Shown one piece after another: positions 9,672 through 19,126 of a stretch of 64,000 nt of DNA. The number at the start of each line of letters is the position of its first letter. The first letter of the stretch is position 1. The DNA is taken from contig JAAYPO010000081.1 in assembly GCA_012519745.1 (NCBI GenBank), positions 5,096 through 69,095 on the forward strand, written 5' to 3'. The stretch comes from Clostridiaceae bacterium. Lineage in GTDB: Bacteria; Bacillota; Clostridia; Acetivibrionales; DTU013. The position numbers and the translations under genes were made by a program. The notes below the pieces were generated by a model. The model did no database searches and had not been told where the DNA came from. It saw nothing but the letters and a program-made list of their open reading frames with translations.

Positions 9672-10376
9672 CTATTTGTTTCTGGTCAGGGTTTCATCCG
9701 GGGCATATCCGAGCTTTTCATAATGTGCGGATCTGGTGACTATATCATCATCCAGCTGCATTTTTGCAAACTTGATCACTTCTTCGGCTCTGTCTCTTGG
9801 GATAACCAGCACACCGTCATCATCCGCACAAATGATGTCGCCGGGATTTACAAGAACACCCGCGCAGTTGACGGGAATATTGGTTCCGCCAAAGGTGCAT
9901 CTGCCATATGAGTGGGTGAATGTTCTCTGTGTGCAGAAAACATTGGCTTTTTCGAGATTCGTCTCATATGAGTCTCTGCAGCCGCCATCCACTACTGCGC
10001 CTTCAATGCCCCTGATCATCAGGTTCATTGCAATTTCAGAGCCCCATACTCCTCCGCGTATCCCTTCCATATCGATGACCACTACCATATCCTTGGCGTT
10101 TTCCTCATTGATGCCGTCCACAAATCTATAAATGTCGCTGCAGCCCTTTCCAAGCTCTTCGCGCCATTCCTCAACAGTCTTGCATACCTTTACGGCGTCC
10201 TGCTTCGGAAGCAGCTTTACTGTGTACGCAAAGCCCTTGAATTCCATACCAGGGCGCAAGGGCCGCATATTAGCGTTCATGGTGCCTTTGTCCACCAGAC
10301 CTATAGCGTCCATAGCGTCGGAAAGATCCGCACATCTGTACTTTCTCAGTTCGTTTATCAGTTCACTGTTTGTCAT
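9672..10376 (-). CDS. RraA family protein / putative 4-hydroxy-4-methyl-2-oxoglutarate-type aldolase
   Basis: The core ...GGVWGSEIAMNLMIRGIEGAVVDGGCRD... is typical of the RraA / HMG-CHA aldolase fold family. Confidence 0.65.
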   Translation of the reverse strand: MTNSELINELRKYRCADLSDAMDAIGLVDKGTMNANMRPLRPGMEFKGFAYTVKLLPKQDAVKVCKTVEEWREELGKGCSDIYRFVDGINEENAKDMVVVIDMEGIRGGVWGSEIAMNLMIRGIEGAVVDGGCRDSYETNLEKANVFCTQRTFTHSYGRCTFGGTNIPVNCAGVLVNPGDIICADDDGVLVIPRDRAEEVIKFAKMQLDDDIVTRSAHYEKLGYAPDETLTRNK

Positions 10377-10414
10377 TTTTTCTACCTTCCTTTTATGTTT
10401 ATATTAGATAATGC

Positions 10415-11293
10415 CTAATACAGGCTTTCTCTTTCCATCAGCTTTCTCATCACTACCGTGATCGTCATTGCCAGTACAAAGATCAGCACCGCCATGACAT
10501 TTCCATATCCTATATTAAAGTTCTGGAATGCATTCACAAACAAATGCAGCGGCAGCAGTTCTGTGGCATGATTGGGTCCGCCTCCGGTCATTACATAAAC
10601 CAGGTCGAAGGATCTCAATGCTCCTACGGTCTGCAGAATAATGACCATCTTGATGATGTCCCACGACAGCGGAATGACCATATGGCGAATCATCTTCCAG
10701 CCTGTAGCACCGTCAAGAGTAGCGCTTTCTATGACTTCACTGGACATGTTCATAAATCCCGAGTTGAACAGGATCACCTGTATTCCGCAGGAATTCCAGG
10801 TCTGGGCGATTATGATCGCTATCAGCGCCAGCTGAGGGCTTGACAAAGGCGGGATATAATGTGCTCCTGCCCCCACGGCATTCATCAGCGGTTTCAGCAG
10901 GCCCATACCCGGACTGTAGATATAGTTCCATATGAATCCTACTGCTACGGATGGAAGCACTGTCGGTATAAAATAAAGTGTCTTGTACAGACGATATCCC
11001 TTAAGCTGCAAATATATCAGGTATCCAAGAAGGAATCCTATCAATACCTGCAGTGTTGTGGTAGATACCATGAATATCAATGTATTGCCAAGTACCTTCC
11101 AGAACATTTGGGAACCCAGCACAGCCCGGTAGTTATTAAAACCTACAAATCTGCTCGATGCCAGCGTGTCCCAGGTATATGTGCTCATCACCACCGACTG
11201 AAGAATCGGATACAGCACCAGATAAGCATAGACCAGAAACCCCGGCACCAGAAACAGCAGTATGGTACCAATATTCTTCTTCGTTACTTTCAT
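10415..11293 (-). CDS. ABC transporter permease (carbohydrate-uptake CUT1 type)
   Basis: Six-TM permease with an EAA-like loop (ESATLDGATGWKMIRHMVIPL). Confidence 0.85.
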   Translation of the reverse strand: MKVTKKNIGTILLFLVPGFLVYAYLVLYPILQSVVMSTYTWDTLASSRFVGFNNYRAVLGSQMFWKVLGNTLIFMVSTTTLQVLIGFLLGYLIYLQLKGYRLYKTLYFIPTVLPSVAVGFIWNYIYSPGMGLLKPLMNAVGAGAHYIPPLSSPQLALIAIIIAQTWNSCGIQVILFNSGFMNMSSEVIESATLDGATGWKMIRHMVIPLSWDIIKMVIILQTVGALRSFDLVYVMTGGGPNHATELLPLHLFVNAFQNFNIGYGNVMAVLIFVLAMTITVVMRKLMERESLY

Positions 11294-11326
11294 TTCAAGT
11301 CTCTCCCCTTACCGCCAGGTAAAATT

Positions 11327-12220
11327 CTATCCCTTGATCGCGCCTGCGATCATACCTTTTTCTATTTTCTCCTGTGCCAGAATATAAAACACTATGCTTG
11401 GGATAATGGCCATCATTATTCCGGCGGCCAGCTGCGTATACTCGGAATTGTACTCGGTAATAAAGCCCATCAACCCAATAGGAAGGGTCTTCAATGCAGG
11501 CTTGCTAAGCAGCAGCATGGATACAAGCAATTCATTCCAGCTGGCAAGAACAGCAAGTATGGATATTGTTACGATCCCGTCCTTGGTCAGCGGTACAATT
11601 ATTTTAAAGAACAGCCTGAAGACAGAGCAGCCATCAATAAATGCACACTCTTCCAGTTCCCTCGGCAATGACGTCATGAACCCTTCGAGTATAAATATTG
11701 AGATGGGTATCCTGAATGCTGCATAGATCAGGCTCAGTACTCCAAGATTATTGTACTGGTTCCATTTGCCCACCATCATGTACAAAGGAATTATTGCCGA
11801 ATGTATAGGTATCATCATACCTGCGATAGCTATAAAGTATAAAAGCTTTTTCCCCTTGAAGTTGAATCTGGATAAAACAAACGCGATGGGTGTTACAGTC
11901 ACAACTGTGATTACTATGGTCAATCCGGTCACTATCACACTGTTGAGCATATATTTATCGATCTTTGAGCCTTTCCATGCTTTCAGGTAGTTGGAAAACA
12001 TCCACTGCTTGGGAGGGCCCCATGTGTTCATAGTCAGGTCAGCCTGTGACTTCAGGGAAGAAAACAGGAGCCAGATCAAAGGCAGCGCTACGATCAGTGC
12101 AAATACCGTCAACACGATATATATCCATACAAGGGTCTTTTTCTTTTCGACTGCAAGCTGCGGACTTGGCATTACCAGCTCATCCGTGCCGCTCACAGCT
12201 TTTTTAGTTTGATTGCCCAT
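11327..12220 (-). CDS. ABC transporter permease (CUT1 type)
   Basis: EAA-like loop ECAFIDGCSVFRLFFKIIVPL. The likely start is MGNQTKK at 12220 with an AAGGTGA RBS. The track ORF extends to 12298. Confidence 0.85.
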   Translation of the reverse strand: MGNQTKKAVSGTDELVMPSPQLAVEKKKTLVWIYIVLTVFALIVALPLIWLLFSSLKSQADLTMNTWGPPKQWMFSNYLKAWKGSKIDKYMLNSVIVTGLTIVITVVTVTPIAFVLSRFNFKGKKLLYFIAIAGMMIPIHSAIIPLYMMVGKWNQYNNLGVLSLIYAAFRIPISIFILEGFMTSLPRELEECAFIDGCSVFRLFFKIIVPLTKDGIVTISILAVLASWNELLVSMLLLSKPALKTLPIGLMGFITEYNSEYTQLAAGIMMAIIPSIVFYILAQEKIEKGMIAGAIKG

Positions 12221-12316
12221 TCGCTTCACCTTTACTATTTTGGTTTTACAGCCATGGCATACCGGCAAGGCCGGTATGCCATGACCGTATTGTGTCAATT
12301 GATACTTACAGTATGC

Positions 12317-13723
12317 TTATTTCTGTGCCTTGACGTAGTCCTCTGCCGCTTTCTGAACTTCTGCGACAGCCTTCTGGACATCGAACTCACCTGTGATCAG
12401 GCCGGGCATTGCAGTCTGCTTGATAGCAAGGTCAACAGCCGGAGGTGCTATGGTATCCATTGAAGGAATATATGCATCAGCTGTACGGTATGCTTCGATC
12501 AACTGGTTCATAACATCAGAGACATTAGCTTTGTTGTAGTCCACCTGTCCTGCATATACAAATCCGCCTGCTTCCATGATCGGCACGTTGAAATCCGGGC
12601 TGCAGATATTCATTGCCAGCTTGATAGCTGTGTCCTTCTTTGTCTCATCAAGTCCATTCTTTACAAATATGCCTATAACGTTGCCGCCCACTCTTACCTT
12701 AGGATCGCCGTCAGGTCTGTCAGTCATGGCCGGGAAGTCAACACGGGCGATCTTGGCAAGGAATTCAGGTCCTCCTGCCGTAGCAAAGTTGCCGGGCTTC
12801 CATGCGCCTTCGTAGTACATGGCAGCTTCGCCTCTTGCAAACATTTGGTCAGCTTCCGATGCGCTTATTCCAAGTACTCCCTTTGGATAACCGCCGGCAT
12901 CAACAAACGCCTTGAATTTTTCCATGGCTGCTACGAAGCCGTAAGCCGGATCATTCCAGCTGGTCTGCTTGTCGCCGAGGGTAAGAGCCTTGAAGTTGTC
13001 AAGACCTGCGGATCTTGAAAGAAGAGCTGATGCAAGCCATGCAAATCTTCCATCCTTGCCGCCGGTCACGAGTGTTGCTATGCCTTCTTTGTTGGTCTGG
13101 GGAACCAGTGCCAGCAGCTCGTCAAAGGTTTCAGGCACCTTCCAGCCATATTTCTGGAACAGCTCCTTGTTGTAGAAAAGGCCGTCTATGGAGCCTTCCT
13201 GGGGCGCCAGCATTATTTTGCCGTCCTCTGTCGATGCAAAATTGAGTGATGTTTCCGTAAACCACTGTTTGAATTCCGGATATCTCGGATCTTCAAATAC
13301 AGGCTTCCAGTCGATTATCATGTCGTCCTTTATGAACTCTCTGGCATAGCTGAGGGGGCACCATGATACATCCGGAGGATTGCCTGCAGCCATTTCGACT
13401 GTCAGCTTGGTCCTTGCGTCTGCTGTCGGCAGAGCGTCATGAATTATTGTTATGTTCGGGCTCTCTGCCTTGTACTTGGCCATCAGAGCTTCGATCTGGT
13501 CATATGCTGCAGCTCCTGCCGTCCAGGGTGTCAAAAGCCTCAGTTCGATTTTCTCGGTGGTTGCAGGAGTTTGATCTGTAGGAGTCTGACCCGGTGTTGT
13601 CGTTCCTCCCGGTGTGTCGTTTGCCGGCGGGGTATCCTGACGTCCGCATCCGAATACCAGCGCAGATGTCATAACAAGCAGTAAAACCAGGGAAATTACC
13701 TTGAAAAAACGTGATCTTTTCAT
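12317..13723 (-). CDS. ABC transporter extracellular solute-binding lipoprotein
   Basis: Signal peptide plus lipobox (LVFGC), a Thr/Pro-rich linker and a family-1 SBP-like body. Confidence 0.85.
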   Translation of the reverse strand: MKRSRFFKVISLVLLLVMTSALVFGCGRQDTPPANDTPGGTTTPGQTPTDQTPATTEKIELRLLTPWTAGAAAYDQIEALMAKYKAESPNITIIHDALPTADARTKLTVEMAAGNPPDVSWCPLSYAREFIKDDMIIDWKPVFEDPRYPEFKQWFTETSLNFASTEDGKIMLAPQEGSIDGLFYNKELFQKYGWKVPETFDELLALVPQTNKEGIATLVTGGKDGRFAWLASALLSRSAGLDNFKALTLGDKQTSWNDPAYGFVAAMEKFKAFVDAGGYPKGVLGISASEADQMFARGEAAMYYEGAWKPGNFATAGGPEFLAKIARVDFPAMTDRPDGDPKVRVGGNVIGIFVKNGLDETKKDTAIKLAMNICSPDFNVPIMEAGGFVYAGQVDYNKANVSDVMNQLIEAYRTADAYIPSMDTIAPPAVDLAIKQTAMPGLITGEFDVQKAVAEVQKAAEDYVKAQK

Positions 13724-13770
13724 TTTCTACCTCCTAATTTTTATTTAATCCTGATGGATCAAATACACGA

Positions 13771-14208
13771 TCATTTTTCAGTTAAAGTTGCGATATTATC
13801 GTCATCCTTTACTCTGTGCAGGTTTATACCTTTTAATTCAAGCAAAGTTATTTCTGACAGGTATAATACCGTGGTACCATTTTCCAAATGCCCCGTATAA
13901 GTATTTTCCAGATCGGAAATCACCATGTGGAAGTGAGGTTTGCCGTCAACTACAACGCCCTGCAGCGATGCAAGCTCTATCGGCTTTTCAATAGTAAGGA
14001 ATTCATCCACAGGCTCTCTTTCCATACCTGTCACCCGATGGAAAACAGCCTTTTGCAGCGAGCCTATGGCGCTTGTTATGATTGCGTTTTTTATGCCCGC
14101 CTCACTTAAACCTTTTTCGATACTTTCGAGCAGCAAATCACCCCTTTTGAGATTCATAATCAAAACCCTGCCTGTGCCTTCACCAAGGAAACTTACCATT
14201 TGCCTCAT
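13771..14208 (-). CDS. PPC/DUF296 domain protein
   Basis: A 145 aa beta-rich protein (..LIMNLKRGDLLLESIEKGL...SAIGSLQKAVF...GKPHFHMVISD) that resembles the PPC (DUF296) fold family. Confidence 0.5.
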   Translation of the reverse strand: MRQMVSFLGEGTGRVLIMNLKRGDLLLESIEKGLSEAGIKNAIITSAIGSLQKAVFHRVTGMEREPVDEFLTIEKPIELASLQGVVVDGKPHFHMVISDLENTYTGHLENGTTVLYLSEITLLELKGINLHRVKDDDNIATLTEK

Positions 14209-14385
14209 CCTTTCTCTGTCTGCATGGGTATTATGCAGACATCGACCTTATATAATAATTTTAGAAAAAAAACAGAGTACTTAAAATCAACTCTGTTCAG
14301 ATTTCGTTAATTATTTTAATCAGTTTTAAGGAAAATACTCTCCGAAGAAAATCAATATAACTATTTTAATTTTTATAGTAAAATC

Positions 14386-16029
14386 TTAAACTGAAAGATT
14401 CTGTTGATATTCAGTGGGGGTACATCCTGCTATCTTTTTGAAAACCTTGCTGAAATAGCAGGCATTATCGTACCCCAGCATGTAGGATATCTCATAGATC
14501 TTGTGGGAACCCTGCCTGATCAGTTCCTGTGCCTTCTCGACCTTCACCTGGTTCACATACTCTGTAAAATTCATTCCAGTATATTTGGGAAACAGACCGC
14601 TTAAATACCCTGCGCTTATATTGAGGTGATCGGCTACATTTTTCAGATTCACCGGGCCGACACAGTTTTCAAAGATAAATTTTTTGGCCCTGGTGATCAG
14701 TACATGCTTCTCATCCTTATTCTGATCGCTCAATACACGAATAATCCGACTGCGCAGTTCATCAAGCCAGTCCGATATCTCCGCCAGTGTTCTCAGGGAC
14801 CCGACATGCTCAAGTTCGTTATAATCCTCTCCGCCCTTGCCGTTCTTCTTCCTTATGTCTACCAGATGTATGCCGCAAAGCAGCACCAGCTGGCTGCACA
14901 ATTCATATACCCTGCCTTTACTGATCCTTTTGTCGTTTATATCGCTGCGCATCCTGGCAAACAGATTGTTAATGCCTGAAGTGTCCCCATGGGAAACAAG
15001 TCTTGGCAGTTCTTCCTTAAGATCAAAGCTGAAAGCCTCTGTATCCTCATATGACAGGCTTTCATGTCCGCTGTAGTACAAAATGCTTCCGTACCCGCTG
15101 TAAAACATGTCCTCCAGAGCTGTCTCGGCCTGCCTGAATGCCTGGGGCAGATTCTTATAGCCCTTGCATACCCCGCTTATGCCCACTGCCACTTCCAGAT
15201 TCACATACTTCTTTATCATCTCGATAATCGTATCGAACATGGGCTCCATTCGCTGCTTCATAGCTGCATCGTCGGTATCTGCGCCTTCCCCTTCCTCGGG
15301 TGAAAACACGATGACATATTTGCCAAAGGACCACTTGATGATGTGACTTGTAAAAAATTCATTCCCTATATCGGCTATCAAATCGGTCAATGTGTGATCT
15401 ATGAGCTTTATATCCTGTTCCTGGCTGTATTTTTCCCTTAAGGTGTACAGATTTGTCTCAAGTATGCCCAGACGAAGCATGTTCTCGTTGAGCCCGAAGT
15501 CCATCAAGGGCAGCTTGTCTTCTATATTGACCCGGTCCTCAAGAACATTTTCTATTATACTTTTTAAAAATACCTGCCTTATGGCAGAGAGGCTCCAGTA
15601 ATCATAGCTTACCCTTTTTACCTCGGGTTTTTTCTCATCGCCCGAAAGGATCACTTCCCTGACTTTTTCCAGCACCTCCTGCAGTGACTCGCTGCTTATG
15701 TTGAGCTTTAGTATATAGTCCCACGCGCCAAGCTTCATAGCCTTTCTTACCAGCTTAAATTCATTGTAGCTGCTCAGGACTATCACCTGGAGGTTTGGGT
15801 TATGCTCTTTTGCAAGGCGCATCATTTCTATCCCGTCCATTTTGGGCATCACGATATCCGTAATGACCAGTTGGGGATCGTGCTGCTTTATCAATGACAG
15901 TCCATTCTCACCATTGCTTCCCTCGGCTACGATCTCAAAGCCCAGCGATTTCCAGTCGACAAGTGACTTGATGCCTACCTTCACCAACGTTTCATCATCA
16001 ACCAACACAACCCTTACCAAATACAACAC
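14386..16029 (-). CDS. Two-component response regulator, REC + AraC-type HTH (YesN-like)
   Basis: REC domain (VLVDDE...DLVITDIVMPKMDG) and a C-terminal AraC HTH (..YLSGLFPKYTGMNFTEYVNQVKVEKAQELI..). Confidence 0.9.
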   Translation of the reverse strand: MLYLVRVVLVDDETLVKVGIKSLVDWKSLGFEIVAEGSNGENGLSLIKQHDPQLVITDIVMPKMDGIEMMRLAKEHNPNLQVIVLSSYNEFKLVRKAMKLGAWDYILKLNISSESLQEVLEKVREVILSGDEKKPEVKRVSYDYWSLSAIRQVFLKSIIENVLEDRVNIEDKLPLMDFGLNENMLRLGILETNLYTLREKYSQEQDIKLIDHTLTDLIADIGNEFFTSHIIKWSFGKYVIVFSPEEGEGADTDDAAMKQRMEPMFDTIIEMIKKYVNLEVAVGISGVCKGYKNLPQAFRQAETALEDMFYSGYGSILYYSGHESLSYEDTEAFSFDLKEELPRLVSHGDTSGINNLFARMRSDINDKRISKGRVYELCSQLVLLCGIHLVDIRKKNGKGGEDYNELEHVGSLRTLAEISDWLDELRSRIIRVLSDQNKDEKHVLITRAKKFIFENCVGPVNLKNVADHLNISAGYLSGLFPKYTGMNFTEYVNQVKVEKAQELIRQGSHKIYEISYMLGYDNACYFSKVFKKIAGCTPTEYQQNLSV

Positions 16030-16045
16030 CTCCCCGCCCGAAGCA

Positions 16046-17818
16046 TCAGAGCTCTTTATGGATCAGCACCTTTACTGATGTATACTCATTGTATCTGCTC
16101 TCGACAGATATTCCGTATTCCTGGCCGTATATCAATTTGATTCTTTCATTTATATTTTTAAGTCCGACCCTGTTGTACTTGTTGCTTTCACTGTCAGTGG
16201 CATCCAGTATGCTGCCAAGGCGTCCCTCCGGTATCCCCGCACCGTTATCCCTGACCTCTATCACGATATCTTCACCGGCAGACATGACTGACACCTCTAT
16301 CATGCCCATGCCGCGCTTGCCTTCAAAACCATGGACGATGGCATTTTCAGCGATCGGCTGCAATGTGAATCTTGGGATGCGGTATTCCTCAAGCCCCTCC
16401 TCCACAGTATAGCTGACCTGGATCATGCCCTTTTTTCTCACCTTCTGGATATCGATATACTTATCCAGAAGATACAGCTCCTCTTTTATAGTGATCCTGT
16501 CGGCCTTGCCTTTGGAGGTTTCCTTTAAAAGGACACCCAGTGCTGTGGCCGTTTCACTGATCCCTTCAGCCTTCTGGAGCATGGCCATGACCTTGATGGA
16601 GTTGAGCACATTATATATGAAATGCGGGTTGATCTGATTCTGCAATACTTTGAATTCCAGCTCGCTCTTTGCTTTTTCCTCGTCCTTTATCCTGTTCATA
16701 AGTAGCTCCACATTCGATGACAGTTTATTCATTCCCTTGCCCAGTATCCCCATCTCATCGTTCCCCTCCAGAGCGGGATCAGGTCTGAAATCGCCTCCGG
16801 ATATCCTGTCCATATGCGCCAGCAGCCTCCTTATAGGCTTTGTTATGTTAGTAGACAGGAAAGCGCTGCACAAGATACTCACCGTCAGTGAAATAAATAT
16901 GATCACAAAAGCCATTTTAGCTGCTGCGCCTTTTTGTGACTCTATTTGCCTGTAATCCACCAGCTGAACTATCCTCAGGCCGGAATAATCAGATTTTTCA
17001 TGGACTGCAAGGACCTTTTTATCCTTGAAATAGCCTACGGTCTCGCCTGCGTCACCCTTTATCAGCTCAAAAAGGCCCTGTTCCTGCATATTTTTCGCTA
17101 AATACTGCCCCTGGCTGCTATAGACGCACCTTCCCTTTTCATCGAGGAGAAAAATAACATCTCCCTCTGTCAGATCGAAGCTCTTCAGGCTGTCCCCAAT
17201 GACATCCGGTGAAAACGCCAGCATCTGCCAGCCGATCTTTTTTCTGCTGTCGGAAAAAATAATGGAGCGTGCAATGGGAAGAAAATAGTCGGATGCCCTC
17301 ATCCTTGACAGGTTGTCCTCAATGCCGTTAAAAACAGCCACTATCTCGTCCTTCCCCTGGATAAACCAATCCTTCTGATACATTTCAGCGTAATCCAGAT
17401 AATCGGTCTCTATGCCGAAGGTCAGCTGCACTCCATTATTGCCCCTTATCACCAGCGAGGTCACATAGCCGCCGATGGACGAGCTTGTTATCCTGTCTTC
17501 GATGACTTTCAGCGCTGTAGAAATATCAAGGTTATAGTTATGTGTCTCATTCCTATAGTCCCTGACCAGGACCTTGTCAATGTTCCTGTTTATGAATATC
17601 CAATCAGAAAGAGCGCTGCATTGAGCAAGCTGCTTATCCACATTGCTGAGCAGATATCTGATATTGCTTTGTGTGTTTTCCACAGCCCGTTCTTCCAGCT
17701 TGCTCTTTGTATAGTTGTAATAATAGGCGATTATGAAAAATGATACTAATGCCAGGATTATGGAAAACCCCACAATTATCTTGTCCTTCAGTGTGTTTAG
17801 GCTAATAATTCTCTTCAT
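16046..17818 (-). CDS. Sensor histidine kinase (YesM-like: TM, sensor, HAMP, His_kinase, HATPase)
   Basis: QINPHFIYNVLNSI (His_kinase family H-box) and NAIVHG...DNGAGI...GLKNINERI ATPase motifs. The likely start is MKRIISLN at 17818. Confidence 0.9.
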   Translation of the reverse strand: MKRIISLNTLKDKIIVGFSIILALVSFFIIAYYYNYTKSKLEERAVENTQSNIRYLLSNVDKQLAQCSALSDWIFINRNIDKVLVRDYRNETHNYNLDISTALKVIEDRITSSSIGGYVTSLVIRGNNGVQLTFGIETDYLDYAEMYQKDWFIQGKDEIVAVFNGIEDNLSRMRASDYFLPIARSIIFSDSRKKIGWQMLAFSPDVIGDSLKSFDLTEGDVIFLLDEKGRCVYSSQGQYLAKNMQEQGLFELIKGDAGETVGYFKDKKVLAVHEKSDYSGLRIVQLVDYRQIESQKGAAAKMAFVIIFISLTVSILCSAFLSTNITKPIRRLLAHMDRISGGDFRPDPALEGNDEMGILGKGMNKLSSNVELLMNRIKDEEKAKSELEFKVLQNQINPHFIYNVLNSIKVMAMLQKAEGISETATALGVLLKETSKGKADRITIKEELYLLDKYIDIQKVRKKGMIQVSYTVEEGLEEYRIPRFTLQPIAENAIVHGFEGKRGMGMIEVSVMSAGEDIVIEVRDNGAGIPEGRLGSILDATDSESNKYNRVGLKNINERIKLIYGQEYGISVESRYNEYTSVKVLIHKEL

Positions 17819-18044
17819 ATTGTATGTTCCTTGTAGATATGGCCCAATATGGTACAATTTACACAAACTAGTTTACATAAAGTTTAAATCATGCTTCAAT
17901 TATATTGTTTTCCGGTCAAACTGTCAATTTAGCATATAGTCTGCTAACGACAGGTCTATTGATATATATGTATTATGTTGACTTCCTATTCTCTCTAATA
18001 TAAAATAAAATTGATAAAAAAAGAGATACATACATATATTATTA

Positions 18045-18123
18045 CCGCTTGCCATTGCCATTTACCATTTACACTTACCATGTGCCATTTGCCATGTGTC
18101 ATTCACCATGTGCCATTTGCCTT
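18045..18123. repeat. Imperfect heptanucleotide array (RCCATKT, about 10 units) in a divergent promoter region
   Basis: gccatt gccattt accattt acactt accatgt gccattt gccatgt gtcattc accatgt gccattt. An 18-nt block, accatgtgccatttgcc, is repeated 28 bp apart. Confidence 0.8.
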
Positions 18124-18164
18124 TCTTTGATTATGCAATCAAATTCAATCAGGAGGAAAAACCG

Positions 18165-19076
18165 ATGACGGAATCCATAAAAAAATATTTTAAGGTCGGA
18201 ACTATCCATTTTATGTCATATCCACAAACAATGAAGGGAGAAGGCCCCATAGCAGAGACTCTTATGAAGATCCTTTGCGACGACTATTTTGATGCCGTTG
18301 AGCTGACCTGGATCAAAAGCGACGAGGTAAGGAGTCAGGTGAAAAACATGCTGGACGAGTCCGGCATAACTGTTTGCTACGGAGCACAGCCAAGGCTCCT
18401 CACCACGGGATTGAACCCGAATGCCGCCGAGGAGGCAGACCGGGCAAAGGCTGAGGCAACTCTCATGGAAGCGCTGGATGAGGCTGAATACCTGGGCGCA
18501 AAGGGAATCGCCTTCCTGGCTGGCAAATATGATGAAGAGAAAAAGGAGCATCACTACAACCAGCTTCTGAAAACAACGAAAAACCTGTGCAAATATGCCG
18601 CCACAAAAGGAATGAATGTTGAAATAGAGGTTTTTGACTATGATGTGGACAAAAAATCACTGATAGGCCCTGCTCCTCTTGCAGCCAGATTTGCAGCCGA
18701 GATACGTGAATGCCATAACAATTTCGGTCTGCTGATAGATCTGTCCCATATCCCCCAGACCCACGAGACCAGCCGATTTGTGATCCAGACACTGAAGCCT
18801 TACATCACACACCTCCATTTCGGCAGCGCCGTTTTGGGAGATCCGTCCATGGAAGCATTTGGAGACACACATCCCCGGTTCAACTTTGCCAATTCGGTCA
18901 ATTCAGTGAATGACCTGGCCAACTTCCTGCAATGTCTGAAGGATGAGAATATGTTCTACCGGAAGGACCCCATGGTGCTTTCTTTCGAAGTAAAGCCGTG
19001 GAAGGATGAAAACCCCGAGCTTGTGCTGGCCAACACAAAGCGCGTTCTCAACCGTGCATGGGCGCTTGTGGACTAA
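18165..19076 (+). CDS. Sugar phosphate isomerase/epimerase family (xylose-isomerase-like TIM barrel) protein
   Basis: AGGAGG RBS 7 nt upstream of the ATG at 18165. The length, the pattern (..LIDLSHIP..) and the context fit. The family assignment is tentative. Confidence 0.6.
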   Translation: MTESIKKYFKVGTIHFMSYPQTMKGEGPIAETLMKILCDDYFDAVELTWIKSDEVRSQVKNMLDESGITVCYGAQPRLLTTGLNPNAAEEADRAKAEATLMEALDEAEYLGAKGIAFLAGKYDEEKKEHHYNQLLKTTKNLCKYAATKGMNVEIEVFDYDVDKKSLIGPAPLAARFAAEIRECHNNFGLLIDLSHIPQTHETSRFVIQTLKPYITHLHFGSAVLGDPSMEAFGDTHPRFNFANSVNSVNDLANFLQCLKDENMFYRKDPMVLSFEVKPWKDENPELVLANTKRVLNRAWALVD

Positions 19077-19126
19077 ATGAAGAAATCGAGAAGCAATAAC
19101 GTATTAAGAAAGCGGAGGAATCTTGA

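Noticed and set aside
10859-11671. A 270-aa plus-strand ORF spanning two permease genes. Similar long antisense ORFs lie at 25110-25865, 54267-54974, 27066-27719 and 46614-47249.
   Set aside because: They are antisense to well-supported genes, with odd composition (Cys/His/Gln/Tyr-rich), and they cross gene boundaries. These are typical shadow ORFs.
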